Notes: generated from the sequence alone by a model not told the origin. A stretch of DNA of 64,000 nt from Camelus ferus (GCF_009834535.1 NC_045697.1:15750001-15814000); one strand, 5' to 3'. Shown: positions 27,002-38,298, counted from the first letter of the stretch. Program-made: numbers and translations.

Positions 27002-27230
27002 ATTTTTTTTTACATTTTTTATTGATTTATAATCATTTTACAATGTTGTGTCAAATTCCAGTGTTCAGCACAAATTTTCAGTCATACATGGACATATACA
27101 CACTCATGGTCACATTTTTTTCTCTGTGAGCTACCATAAGATCTTGTATATATTTCCCTGTGCTATACAGTATAATCTTGTTTATCTATTCTACAATTTT
27201 GAAATCCCAGTCTATCTCTTCCCACCCCCT
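27002..27230 (-). mobile_element. Young camelid-type L1 3' tail inserted in an older L1
   Basis: PolyT plus tttattgatttataatcattttacaatgttgtgtcaaattccagtg...tctctgtgagctaccataagatcttgtatatatttccctgtgctatacag; interrupts host ctatttttaa|gaggaacctcc. Confidence 0.88.
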
Positions 27231-27466
27231 GAGGAACCTCCATACTGTGTTCATAGCAGCTACACTATTTTACATTCTCAAAAGGGCGCAAGGGTCCTGA
27301 TTTCTCTGCATCATCACCAGTATTGGTTATTTTCCATTCTTTAGTTGGGTTTGAGGGGGTATACTCACTGCAGTTTTGATTTACCTACAAGAGAATTTTT
27401 GTGTGTGATTTGGAGGGTAAAATAAAGTAGCAATCAGTCTTTTTATACGTTGAATGCCAGGGCAAG

Positions 27467-27696
27467 TAGGATTGCCAGTGAAATACAGGGTGCCCAATTA
27501 AGTTTGAATTCAGATAAACAAAAATAATTTTTTGATATAAATAAGTCCTGATACTGCAGGGGACATACTTATATTAAAAAGGGATTTGTATGCAATATTT
27601 GGTATACATTTATACCTAAAAAGTATTTGCTCATAATCTGAACTTCAAATTTAACTGGGCACTCTGTATTTTTATTTGCTAAATTTGGCAACACTA
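27467..27696. mobile_element. MER53 palindromic hAT MITE with a duplicated central arm
   Basis: Termini taggattgccag / ttggcaacacta; inverted arms aaatacagggtgcccaattaagtttgaattcagata / atctgaacttcaaatttaactgggcactctgtattt. Confidence 0.9.
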
Positions 27697-27851
27697 AGTT
27701 CAGGGCACCCGGCACTGTTGTAGGTCATACACGTTGCTAAGGATTTGTAGATTGACCCTCTGGCATGGGAATTTGCCAGATCTGCTTCACCTCCAGCGAC
27801 TTCTGTATCTCTTCAGTCTTGCTGACTCTTGGAGCAGGTGTGTGTTTAGCT

Positions 27852-27928
27852 GAAGTGTCCATCAATGGATGAATGGATAAAGACAATGCGGCATATATAT
27901 CCAAGGGATATTATGCAGTCTGTAAAAA
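27852..27928 (+). mobile_element. ~77-bp internal L1 ORF2 fragment with no 3'UTR or polyA
   Basis: aagtgtccatcaatggatgaatggataaagacaatgcggcatatatat..gggatattatgcagtctgtaaaaa. Confidence 0.8.
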
Positions 27929-28324
27929 GTGATGAAGGAAGCACCTTATCCAGCAGGAATACCCCTGTCATTGATACCGGAGGCTTGGAGACAGTGTAAG
28001 ACCAATGTGGGTTTCAGAACATCTCATGGATTCCCCTCGGCCTAAAAGTTTCCTACGTGTCTTACTTCCCTATTTCACATTTATCTCCTCTTCTAGACAG
28101 CCTGACATTGTTGACTTGGGCTATAGCAGCAGACACAGAGTCAACAACCTCACTTAGATGGTCTACTCTGCTTCTACAACTGTGTAAGATTACACGTCTG
28201 GAATGAATCATCTATCTATATACCCATATCTATGTCTGTGTCTGTCTGCATCTGTATCTGTATCTCCCTCTGGTAATTCTGTTTCTTTGAACAAAACCTG
28301 AATGGTACAGGCTGAAATTTGTTT

Positions 28325-28455
28325 ATATACATTTATATATGAAGACACTGGATCTCAAGGTGTTAAATACCTTATTCAAGGTTATACAAATAGCAAGTGG
28401 TAGGAATAAGCAATATTTGATCTTGGTCTATCTACCTCCAAAAACCATGGTCAGA
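28325..28455 (-). mobile_element. MIR SINE fragment
   Basis: atgaagacactgga..gttaaataccttattcaaggttatacaaatagcaagtggtag..tctatctacctccaaaaaccatg. Confidence 0.6.
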
Positions 28456-29024
28456 CTAATCTATCTCAGGGAATACAATGGGGCAATCACACATATGTGG
28501 AATATTAATTGATTGATGAGTGTCACATTCCAAACAAGCAAGGTAATTAATCTAATTCAGCATTAGTGATTAGGTCTCGTTAATACTATATTTAGTAAGT
28601 GAACATCTAATTTCTTCCAAGAGACATAGATAAATTGGAGAAATTTTTAGACTATCAACCAGAGAGGGATTTAGAAAGAGGAAATGTTAATGACATAATG
28701 CAGGCAGTGAAGTATACAGCAAAGAATAGAAGGAAGTCCTGGTTGGAGCATAAGGGATATAGCACAGTTCACAGAACTGGGCAGAGAAAAAATTTTAATT
28801 CCAGAGCACTAACAAAGGATTTTTAAGAGGAGCAGTTTCCTTATGTCTGCCATTCTGGAGAGCGTAAAAGGTGGTTACAATTCCCAGACTACCAGTTGAA
28901 TACTCAAGTACCTTAAATTACTTCAAATAAGTAAAATGGCCAGCCCAAAGACCTGGCCCCACCTCTTCCTCATTTTATTAATTCTAAGATGCATTTATTC
29001 TTTTCTGTGGTCTTTTAAAATACA

Positions 29025-29302
29025 CTTTACTTTTTAGATCAGTTTTAGGATTCATAGGAAACTTGAGGGGAAGGTACAGAGTTCCCATATGCCCCCTGCC
29101 CCCATGTGCTTAGCCTCCCCATCACTGCCCCCCACCAGAGTGGTACCTCTCTTACAGCTGATGAACCTACATTGTCACATCATAATCCCCCAACCCGAGC
29201 ATAATTTACATCAGGGCTTGTTCTTGGTGTTGTACATTTTATAAAATAGTTTCACTGCCCTAAACTCTTCTTTTCATCTCCCTCTAGCCCCTGGCAACCA
29301 CC
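29025..29302 (-). mobile_element. L1MC1/L1MD-like 3' end
   Basis: tttagatcagttttagg..gaaggtacagagttcccatatgccccctgcccc..ccaccagagtggtac..gatgaacctacattg..cccctggcaaccac. Confidence 0.8.
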
Positions 29303-29415
29303 AAAACATGAGAATTCCTTTTGGTGTTTTAACATCTCAGAGTTAGGATGTATCTTTTTTTTTTTTTGAATTGACATTTTTAATAAGTTCTCTGGCGCTA
29401 TCATTAGTTGTAATC

Positions 29416-29578
29416 TTTTTTTTTTAACATTTTTTATTGATTTATAATCATTTTACAATGTTGTGTCAAATTCCAGTGTAGAGCACAATTTTTCAATTAT
29501 ACATGAACATATATATATTCATTGTCACATTCCTTTCTCTGTGAGCTACCATAAGATCTTGTATATATTTCCCTGTGT
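29416..29578 (-). mobile_element. Young camelid-type L1 3' tail
   Basis: PolyT plus sequence closely matching 27002-27165 (tttattgatttataatcattttacaatgttgtgtcaaattccagtg; gagctaccataagatcttgtatatatttccctgtg). Confidence 0.88.
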
Positions 29579-29644
29579 GGTATAGAAAATAATGGTGCCT
29601 TTTGTAATTGGTGACATCTTATAATCTGTAAAATATAGTAGTTT

Positions 29645-30292
29645 TGTGATCTTGGGCAAATTAAACTCTCTATGCCTCAGTTTCCTTATGTCTAAGGAAT
29701 AGTATGGAATAGTAATAATCTCTCTTGCATAAGGCTGTTGTGAGGAGTAAATGAGAAACCCATACGAGGTGTTTAGAGCAGAGAAAATTATCTGTTGTCA
29801 CAATGATGCTGTGTAACAAACCACATGAAAACTTGGTGGCTTAAAGCAATAACCCTTTATTATTTCAGCGTGGTGGTTCTGCTGAGCTGGGCTCCTGGGG
29901 GCTCACTCCTGCATCCATGGTGAGCTGTGGGTCAGCCAGGAAACTTTGCTTCTCTTGGCTGGGCTCTCGCACATGACTGGAGTCGTGACTAGGAGAGCCC
30001 TCTGCTTCATGTGCTCTTCCATCCTCTCGCAGGCTCATCTGGGCTTGTTCTCCTGGTCATGGCAGAGTTCCAGGAGTGAGTCTCAGAGCCTTGTGTTCTG
30101 TTGGGCAAAGCATGTCACAAAGCGAACCCAGGTTCAGAGAGTGGGGAGACAGACTTCACCTTGTGCAGGTGGAGCTGCAAAGTCACATTCCAGAGAGCAT
30201 GGATATGGGGTTGGATTGGGAAACTGGGGCTGTCTTTAGAACCAATCTACCATAGTCAGTGCCTGGTGCATAGTGAGTGTTCGATAATCTTA
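29645..30292 (+). mobile_element. MIR SINE split by an MLT1 LTR (29645-29782 and 30257-30292)
   Basis: tgtgatcttgggcaaatta..gcctcagtttcct..gctgttgtgagga.taaatgaga; resumes cagtgcctggtgcatagtgagtgttcgataa. Confidence 0.8.
29785..30253 (-). mobile_element. MaLR solo LTR (MLT1H-like)
   Basis: atgctgtgtaacaaaccac..ggtggcttaaagcaataacc...ctgggcttgttctc...ggagctgcaaagtcacat...caatctaccata. Confidence 0.82.
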
Positions 30293-31464
30293 CCTGTCAT
30301 TAGTATCACCATCATTAATGAAGGTCGTCGGTAATTATAAATTGAGTTGGTTTAGTCCAACTTAGTTGAAGAAAAGAGCATAGGTTTACCACTCAGGCTG
30401 CTGACGTGCCCACCAGAGTCTCAGAAGCATTCGGTCTTGGAATAAAAAAGATGGGAAGCTATTTGTCCAACTACTCTCACTCCTCTACTGGGGAGAAAAA
30501 TGGGCTTAAAGGAGGTGAAATTGGTTCCCAGTTGCACAGCGGAAGAGTTTGGGTGCCCAGTTCCTGTGCCAGGGCTCTTTCCCATACAGTGCAACTTCCC
30601 ATCCAAGTTTAATGATAGAAACAGGAAAAGTTCTATTTCTTTTTAAATCCACAGCAAAATGAAACTTGAGATAAATACAAAATGTAATAAAATAAACTAT
30701 CACAAATATATATTTGTTCTTTTTATCATTTTAAAAGTAAGCTTTTACTGTGTTAGAATTCGAGTTCTTTTTAATGATGTTTAAATATTGTATAAATATA
30801 AAAATAATTCTCAACTTTTAATGACAGCTATTTATTTTCTATTTCAAATATATATGCAATAAGTAGATTTTTTAAATTGGACTTCAGTAAAAATAAGCAG
30901 CACATGAAATTCAGATACTCTTTTAACAGAAAAGGCAAGGACAACTTTTTGTTGGTTTAGAGTTAGACACAATGAAATGAACCATATAGTATTTAAATAC
31001 TTAGTAAACCTGATTTACTATTTCAAAGAACAAAATCTGTAAGTACACTTAGTCAAACTATTGGACATCAAAGTACATTCTGGAAGTACTTTTTGTATAA
31101 AAATAAATTGGATGGAAATTTACAAATTCAAGGTAACATTAAAATGCTCAGCAAAATGCATTTGTTATTTTGTCTCCTAATAAAAACCACACACATTAAA
31201 CTTGTACTTGTGTGGCTGTGTCTCTGTTATTTGCTCACAGATACTCAAATGTGCATTTATTAGAGTTAATGGAGAGAGCATTGGACTTGAATTCAGGAGA
31301 CTTTGATGTGAAGCTGGCAGTTATAAAGCCCTGGGTAGAGATGCAAATTTCTTGTATAGAGGAGCATATATTTTAAAGATTTCTGTGAAGGCGCTGTGTG
31401 CATACAGACAAACAGAAGTTCCTTGTCTTTCTACAAGATGGGTTTTTTTTTTGTCTTAATCTTA

Positions 31465-31940
31465 AAATTTTTAAAATTGTAGTAAATACACAAAATACAA
31501 AATTTACCATCTTAACCATTTTTAAGTGCACTTGTTCAATGACATTAAGTACATGCACTTTGTTGGGCTGCCATCACCATGAACCAGTCACAGAACTCTT
31601 ACCATCTTGCAAAACTGGAATTTTGTACCCACAATAATTACTCATTCTCCCTTCCTGCAACAGGGGATTCTGCTTTCTATCTCTATGAATCTGACTATTC
31701 TTGACATCTCATGCAAATGGAATCATAACAGTATTTGTCCTTTTGTGACTGGCTTACTTCTTTCTGGTTAATGTCCTCAAGGTTCATCTCTGTAGCATAT
31801 GTCAAAAATTCCTTCCTTTTGAAGGCTGAATAATATTCCATTGCATGTATATACTACATTTTGTTTATCCATTTGTGGACATTTGGGTTGTTTCCACCTT
31901 TTGGCTGTTGAGAATAATGATATTATAAATATGAGTGTAT
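31465..31940 (-). mobile_element. L1MB-like 3'UTR
   Basis: aaaattgtagtaaatacac..aaaatttaccatcttaaccatttttaagtg..catcttgcaaaactg..aaggctgaataatattccattg. Confidence 0.9.
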
Positions 31941-34199
31941 GCCACAAAATATTTTTACCTGCAGCATATTAAAAGTATTCAAGCTGATATTACTTGTAGA
32001 CAACATACTCATTTTTCAATTCATTGTGACAAATCTTCCAATTCATTTTAGCCAATCTAGTGGGGCTTAGGCAGCTCTTGAAATCAACTCATTCCACTGA
32101 GGGGTGGGTGCGTACTAGGTCATAGAGCACAACCTCAGGCATTAAAAAAATATTTTTAAAGGAAGAAATAACTATGAGTAAATGCTATCCTGAAGAGTTG
32201 TACTCGATAAGGAAACTTCATGTAGTTGCCCATCGTTGTTGCTGGTAACAGGTTAATGCACTCACTCAAGATGTGCCCCATCCTGATGAAAAATCCCTTC
32301 TGGTTTGATGTCCCCTCTTACACCCTTCTCTTAACCTCTCAGATCATGAGACAGTTCTGGGTGCTTTTTGATGCTCTCCAGAGCTGAAGAAACCTCAGTG
32401 GGTTGACTTTGGTCCTCTCCATCCAGGAGCAGCTTGCCACCATTTCTGATGCTGCTTTACACACTGGTGCTGCTGCTGCTTGTGGTGGTGACATTTTTGT
32501 AAGTCTCATCAACAAAGTGCGTCGCACTGGTGGAGGTCTCTTAACCCTGGGGTTCTCCCTAAACCCAGCTGTGGTTTCTGTCCTGCCTCCTTTCTCCCTC
32601 CCCAGCATGGCCTGCCCCATTTCTTGAGAAGCATAAATCGGTAGTTGGCACTATTTCCTTCTCTCAGAAGGACACCCTCATCCACTTATCCTGATGGCCT
32701 TCAGGTTCCTCAGCTGACTATTTTCCAATCTACTGTTAGGCGTACGGTTTGTGATTCAATTCCTTTGGATTGTGACCTTCCAAACATAAAACTAAATTAC
32801 TGTGGACTTTTTTTTTTTTTGAGAGAGAGAAAGAGAAGAAAAAAATTTCTGATACTCATACATTAAAAGAAATTAATTTCAAGTTTATTGTTTAAATGAG
32901 GCGGTTCAGGAGCAAATTCTGAAACTCCAAAGCCAGGATAACACTTTGTTCTCAATATTCTGTGTAATCCCTAACCCCAGGCAATGCATATGGGGGGCAG
33001 CATCTGCACAAGGTCAAAGGGAAAAAAGAAAATGGACCCCAGGCGTTCACTCAGGTTGGGAAGACCCACAGAGAACCACAGAAGGGGAAGGAGCAGAGGT
33101 GGTGAGAAAGTGTGCAGCTTGGAGGGTCTGACCTGGATGGCTGGGGCTGGAGGCTGGGGAAGCACAGTTCAATACCTGGCTACAGCAGTTGCCTCTCCAG
33201 CGCAGTGAGGAAGTAAGTGGGAAGCAGGGCTGATGGGTGTGCCTCTGGAGGGGGAAGGGAGCTGACTAACACGCATGTTAGCCTATGTCCAGGCACAGTG
33301 GTAAATTACCTGATTAATCCTCATAACCACACAAAGCAGTACGAAAGCTGATGTCCAACTTCGAAATAAGGAAGAAAGGGATCTTGGGTTAGAATCTTAA
33401 AACCCCAATTAAGGAGTCTTACCTTTTATTCAGAGCAGACAGTTTCAACACAAGATTATTCAGGAATAAACCAAGAAGAAAGATGGATGCTCCTGATTCT
33501 TTAAAATGTGTTTATGGCTCCAATCTATTTGCATCTCTGTTTACCCAGAGGATAAACCAAGAGATTGGAAGGGCTGAAGGCAAAAACTTGCAACCTTTCT
33601 TTGGGGCTATTAGTGATCATTTGGTGTTAACTCATGGAGCTGTTGCTTAGCATGGATTTCTATGAAGCTAAAGACCAAAGCCTGGACTCTGGGTCCCAGC
33701 TCCTGCCCCTGTGGTCAGGGCGGACCCCATCTGTCTCTTTCTTCCAGCTTCTTGGTCCTCTGCATCTCTGCCTTGATGGATGGTTTTAAGGATGAAATTA
33801 TTTTTTGGCTGTTTGTTCAACAACTAATGTATGCTCGATATTTTAACTACCTTTTTTTTTTTTTGGCTATCATATAACACAATTTACAGTAATGAACTTA
33901 GAATATTTAGACATAAAAATATCTTTCTACCTTATAATTTTTACACACAATTTGTACTTGTTAAAAATATTTTCACACTACTTTTGAAAAAGAAGTGGAG
34001 TTACATGGTTGTATTAAAGTTGTGGGAGGAGTGAGAGGAGGAAGAAGAGCAGTGAGGAGTTTGAATCAAACCCCTCAGTTAAAAATCTGAGGTCCCTGGC
34101 TGCTTAGTGGTGTAAGCTTGGTCTGTCTGCCCATACTTGTACCTAAAGACCACGTGTTCTGATATTAGTCCTGTAAGTTCCTAAGATGCTGTGTATTGC

Positions 34200-34520
34200 C
34201 CCAGTGGTCCTTGAGCAAATTACTTGATCAGAATTTCTTAGCCGGTAAAATATAGATAAAATAGTACCTAACACGTAGGGCTGTTGTGAGATTAAACAAG
34301 AAAATCTACACTGAGTGCTAAAATAGCACATGGTTTCATAAAGAACAGGACATCAGTCCTGAACTGGTTTGACGTGTATTCAAATTCTGAAAATACTACT
34401 TACTCTTTGGAAAGATGATTTCTCATAGAAATTTACAATGATTAAATTAGCTAATCTATGGAAAATGCTGAGAAAAATGGCTGACCCATGTAAATATTTG
34501 GTAAATGTTAGCTACTACTA
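34200..34520 (+). mobile_element. Two degraded MIR fragments
   Basis: ccttgagcaaattactt..aatagtaccta..gctgttgtgagattaaa; gattaaattagctaatctatggaaaatgct..taaatgttagctacta. Confidence 0.6.
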
Positions 34521-34999
34521 TTCATACTAATAGCATTGTAAACTGCCCCAGGATGCTTTCAGATTGTTTTTAACACCTGTAATCTCTATTGCACTATCTA
34601 CATACTGTTTATAAGGTTCCATTACCAGAAAGTCTTGTAACCTTGTACAGTGTTGCCCTGTAGAGTGGAGACAGAATTAGGGAATAAAAAATAATTAGAA
34701 AAATTCTTGTTAATTTCTCCTTATTTAGTTCATTATCCTGCAATTAAAAGCATTTTAATCACAAGTCTCTCAGTCTCAAACTTGTCCTTTCGCATTTGAT
34801 AAATGCCTATTATTTCTAATGGATGTTTGTATCATTTCATTATTTTTTCCTATTTAATTTATTAGTGTTCTTCATGAAATTGGTTTATTTCCTAGAAGGC
34901 TCCCCAGAGTTTTATTCACTGATGATTTCTTTGTTTTTGATAGTTGCTTTTTTATCCTTGGAGAAAGTTTCCTACACTATTAATGAGAGTCTAACGTGA

Positions 35000-35700
35000 T
35001 CTTTTAACCTTCCTAGACGCCTAGAAACAGGCTTTTTGTAGAAGGAAAGCGATTATAGAACCTCTCTCAATTTTGCCAGTCAGACACCTTGAAGAAATCA
35101 ATTAGTAGGCAAATTATTAACTAATTGAGCATTTAGAGTGTTCTTACTTTTGAAAAATCAATTAGGCCTTTGCCCTTAATTTTCCAGCATTACTTCGTTA
35201 TTAATTGTTTTCAACAGCAGTTCATCAGCCATGGACCCAGATCAGCTGACAGTTGTTTTTTGTTTATATTCTGTGCTTAATTGATTAATACAATGAGCAG
35301 AAAACCTTTAACATCATTGATCATGTCACGGAATGCTGAGTAATTGGCTGGCAAAATGCGATTTTTTAAAATTAATGATTCAATGGTCCAAAGGTTCAAT
35401 TCAGCAGCAGATTGCGGTCAGCAAGGAGAGAGGATTTTTCAGTATTTCTTCAACATGGATGATCTGAATGGTAGCCCCACCTCATTCTTGGAGCCAATTC
35501 TATTTTTCTGTCCTCATTAGTGATCATTTCTTGTTCTATATAAAAGCACAGGAGGTCACATTTATTATCTTAATGATGCTATTTTATTACCACTGGGTAA
35601 ACATAGCTTTCAATTCAAATTTTGAAGAGATTGCCATTGTTGTCAGAGATACGAAAAGACGATAAATTGACAGAATGCATTTCTGTGCTTTATAAGGTCT
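35000..35700. promoter_or_regulatory. Candidate conserved non-coding enhancer (homeodomain and E-box cluster)
   Basis: TE-free stretch with six TAATTG/CAATTA sites in 35099-35346 and tandem E-boxes CAGCTG-A-CAGTTG at 35243-35255; function inferred only. Confidence 0.4.
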
Positions 35701-36306
35701 TCAAGTGGGGGCAGTGGTGGGAAGTGCATGGAAAGGGGTTCGGGAGTCTCATTTCAGTAATGTACTCTTCTGGAAAGCCTTTCTTAAAGTGAATCTTTGC
35801 ACGCTCTGGGCCCCCTTTCTCTGCTCGGATGGCTGTGTAGACATAGCTTTGTCCCTACAGCCATCTCCATATTGGGCTTATTTGCATGGCTGCCTAACTA
35901 ACCAAAGAAACTGCTAACTCTCCGTGGTCCTGGACTCACCTAAGTGTCTTTGTATCTTTAGTACTGCTCTTGTTTTGGGAACAGAATTAGCACTGAGTTG
36001 GCTGACCAAAGGAAAGGGAAACACACACACACACATACCCTCATTCGGTTTTGGGAAACATATTTTGGTTATGTAGATAAAATTCATTATCATCATTATG
36101 AAAATACCATCTATCTTTCCTTGACGTATCAAAACAAAGTCCCTGGATTTCCAAGCTGTCCCTGACAAACAGTAGGCAAATTTCTCTGTATTTTTTCTGT
36201 TGATAAGACCTCAGAGTTCAGCCAGGTTCTTAGGTCAACTGCTGAAAACCATTTTAATCCCCACCCTCTCTGAGTCTTCAGATACTTCCTGAGCTAAAAT
36301 TTTAAA

Positions 36307-36575
36307 CCAGTGTTCTCCAAAGTGCTTTGGTAGAAAGATGTCCCTCAAGATATTTCTAACAAAAAGATGACATGTAATCGAACACATTTGGTGAGACACA
36401 GCAAATTCATCCCTTTTGGGGATGTACAGTGTGCATTAGACCATTAATGGTTCTGAGAAGTCCAATCAAGATTTTGTAGAGTCCAAGTTTTTTGACCTTG
36501 AAACGCTTTTTGTGGAGCATTCATGAACATCTCAAGGAATGAATGGTCTATAGGATATGCTTTGAGAATTGCTGC
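36307..36575. mobile_element. hAT-Charlie MITE (MER103C-like)
   Basis: cagtgttctccaaagtg...atccccttttggggatgtacagtgtgcattagaccattaatggttctgagaagtcc...ctttgagaattgctg. Confidence 0.65.
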
Positions 36576-36844
36576 TCTAACCAGTAACCTGAGTAGGAGA
36601 ATGTGATTTTGGCTGTGCTTCATGTGTGAGAAAAATGTGGCGAGGAGAGTTAGAAACTCAGCCACTGCTCACAGGCATTCTCCTCCACTACTGTGGCAAT
36701 TTTAATTGTTTCACTTTCCATCATTTGTTGCTTTCTTTTCTAGTAATAGTTTTTCACTGCAGAAAACTCAGAAAACAGATAAAAGTAAAAAGGGAAAAAG
36801 TCTTTATAGCTGTTTTGTTTAAAGGATTCCATGCTCAAATAAAT

Positions 36845-37540
36845 CTGGAAGACAGTATGGAGATGCCTCAAAAAACTAAAAATAGAACTACCATATGATC
36901 TGGCAGTTCTATTCCAAGATATTTATCTGAAAAAAAAAAAAAAAAAAGGAAAACACTAATTTGAAAAGATCTGTGTTCCCTTATGTTCATTGTAGCACTA
37001 TTTACAATAGCCAAGATATGGAAGCAACCTATATAAATATATGTATATATATATGTCTTATATACACAATGGAATATTACTCAGCCATAAAAGGATGGAA
37101 TCTTGCCATTTGCAGCAGCATGGATGAACCTGGAGAGTATTATGCTGAGTGAAATAAGTCAGACAGAGAAAAACAAATACCATTTGATTTCACTTATACG
37201 TGAAAACTAAAAAACAAAATAAATGAACAAGCAAAACAAAACAGGAACAGACAGATAGATACAGAGAATAAACTGGTGATCACAGAGGGGGTGGAATGGG
37301 GGGAGGACAGACAAAATAGGTAAAGGGGATTAAGAGGTATAAACTTCCAGCTGTAAAATAAATAAGTCAAAGGGATGTAATGTACATTTAAGGAATATAG
37401 TCAATAACTGTAACAACTTTGTATGATGACAGAAAGTAACTAGACTTGTGATCATTTTGTAATGTATAAAAGTATTGAATCACTGTGTTGTATGCCTGAA
37501 ACTAATATAATATTGTATGTTAATCATAATTCAATACAAA
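36845..37540 (+). mobile_element. 5'-truncated L1 (laurasiatherian L1MA9-like), ORF2 end and 3'UTR
   Basis: acagtatggagatgcctcaaaaaactaaaaatagaactaccatatgat..atggaatattactcagccataaaa..gaaataagtcagacagagaaa..cctgaaactaatataatattgtatg. Confidence 0.93.
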
Positions 37541-37549
37541 TATGCCATA

Positions 37550-37746
37550 CCTGAAAAAATTGGGGGGAACTCTGGCTTAAACAAAGTTAAACAGACTTTT
37601 TCATGCCTTCTCAGAGCCTTACTATGATCAGTAATATAAAAGTTGACTCTTTAATGGGGTTGTAGTACACAGCGTTTCCCAATTTTTGACCACTAATTTC
37701 TAGGCATTTTGGGGACTAATGTTGGTTGGAATTCACTATGGATAAT
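37550..37746. mobile_element. Second MER103C-like MITE, opposite orientation; left part probably at ~36810-36845
   Basis: ctggcttaaacaaagttaaacag..cttctcagagcctt..cagcgtttcccaatttttgaccac. Confidence 0.6.
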
Positions 37747-38204
37747 GAGGAGACATGTGAAAGGTCTTCTGTGACTGCTGCCCAGCATCCATCACGGGAT
37801 GGAAGATCATGCTCTCAGGACGGTCAAGGTCTCTGAGAGTTACAGTTACACTTGGAAGCAGTTTCTCAGCTCCCCATTACTTATAATAGCTGTTTTTATC
37901 CAAGAGCTCAGAACACAAGGACCTAGAGAGATTAGAGCTAAAAATAACAAGAATAGGATTAATATGCATTTGGGAAACAATTGCTCAGGCAAACCTCCAC
38001 ACACAGATAATGGATTCTGTCCAAAGTTTCATTTTCCAAACTGAGGAACAATAATATGCATATTAACGCAGGTGAATGTCTAAACAGACTCTTGGTAGCC
38101 TATGATTAGATAAAGGAGCTCAGGCATCCTGAATGCAATCTGTGTAGTTAAAATTAAGCACCATCACAAAGGGACACATTTAAGTTCAACCATAAGAAAC
38201 TGTT

Positions 38205-38298
38205 ACTTTCCTGGTATATTTTCTCCATGCTTTTACTTTTAATCTATATGTATCTTTATATTTAAAGTGGGTTTCTTATAGACAACACAGAGTTGGGT
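38205..38298 (-). mobile_element. Old L1 ORF2 fragment
   Basis: ttttacttttaatctatatgtatctttatatttaaagtgggtttcttatagacaacacagagttgggt. Confidence 0.7.

Larger units (their letters stand above)
25933..27385 (-). mobile_element. L1MB/L1MA10-like 3' segment inserted in MLT2; hosts a Tigger MITE and a young L1 tail
   Basis: taattgtggt..aaatttaccatcttaa..aagtgtacagttcag; gcagatctctagaact; ccagaaatgggattgctggatcatat; flanked by acaagaga repeats (25922-25929, 27387-27394). Confidence 0.88.
25836..28309 (+). mobile_element. ERVL LTR (MLT2E/F-like) split into four pieces (25836-25932, 27386-27466, 27697-27851, 27929-28309)
   Basis: 5' tgtgg..ttttgtgtcaatttggccaag..tttctggaatttccttccctgtatg..ggccacaagaga; resumes acaagagaatttttgtgtgtgatttggagg; 3' (tatc)-like repeat and ttctgtttctttgaacaaaacctgaatggtaca. 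Confidence 0.7.
28970..29640. mobile_element. Ancient Tigger-like element (Tigger15a/MamRep434-like), fragmented by two L1 insertions
   Basis: attctaagatgcatt; ttttaacatctcagagttaggatgtatctt; aaaataatggtgcctt..catcttataatct..aaaatatagta. Confidence 0.45.
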
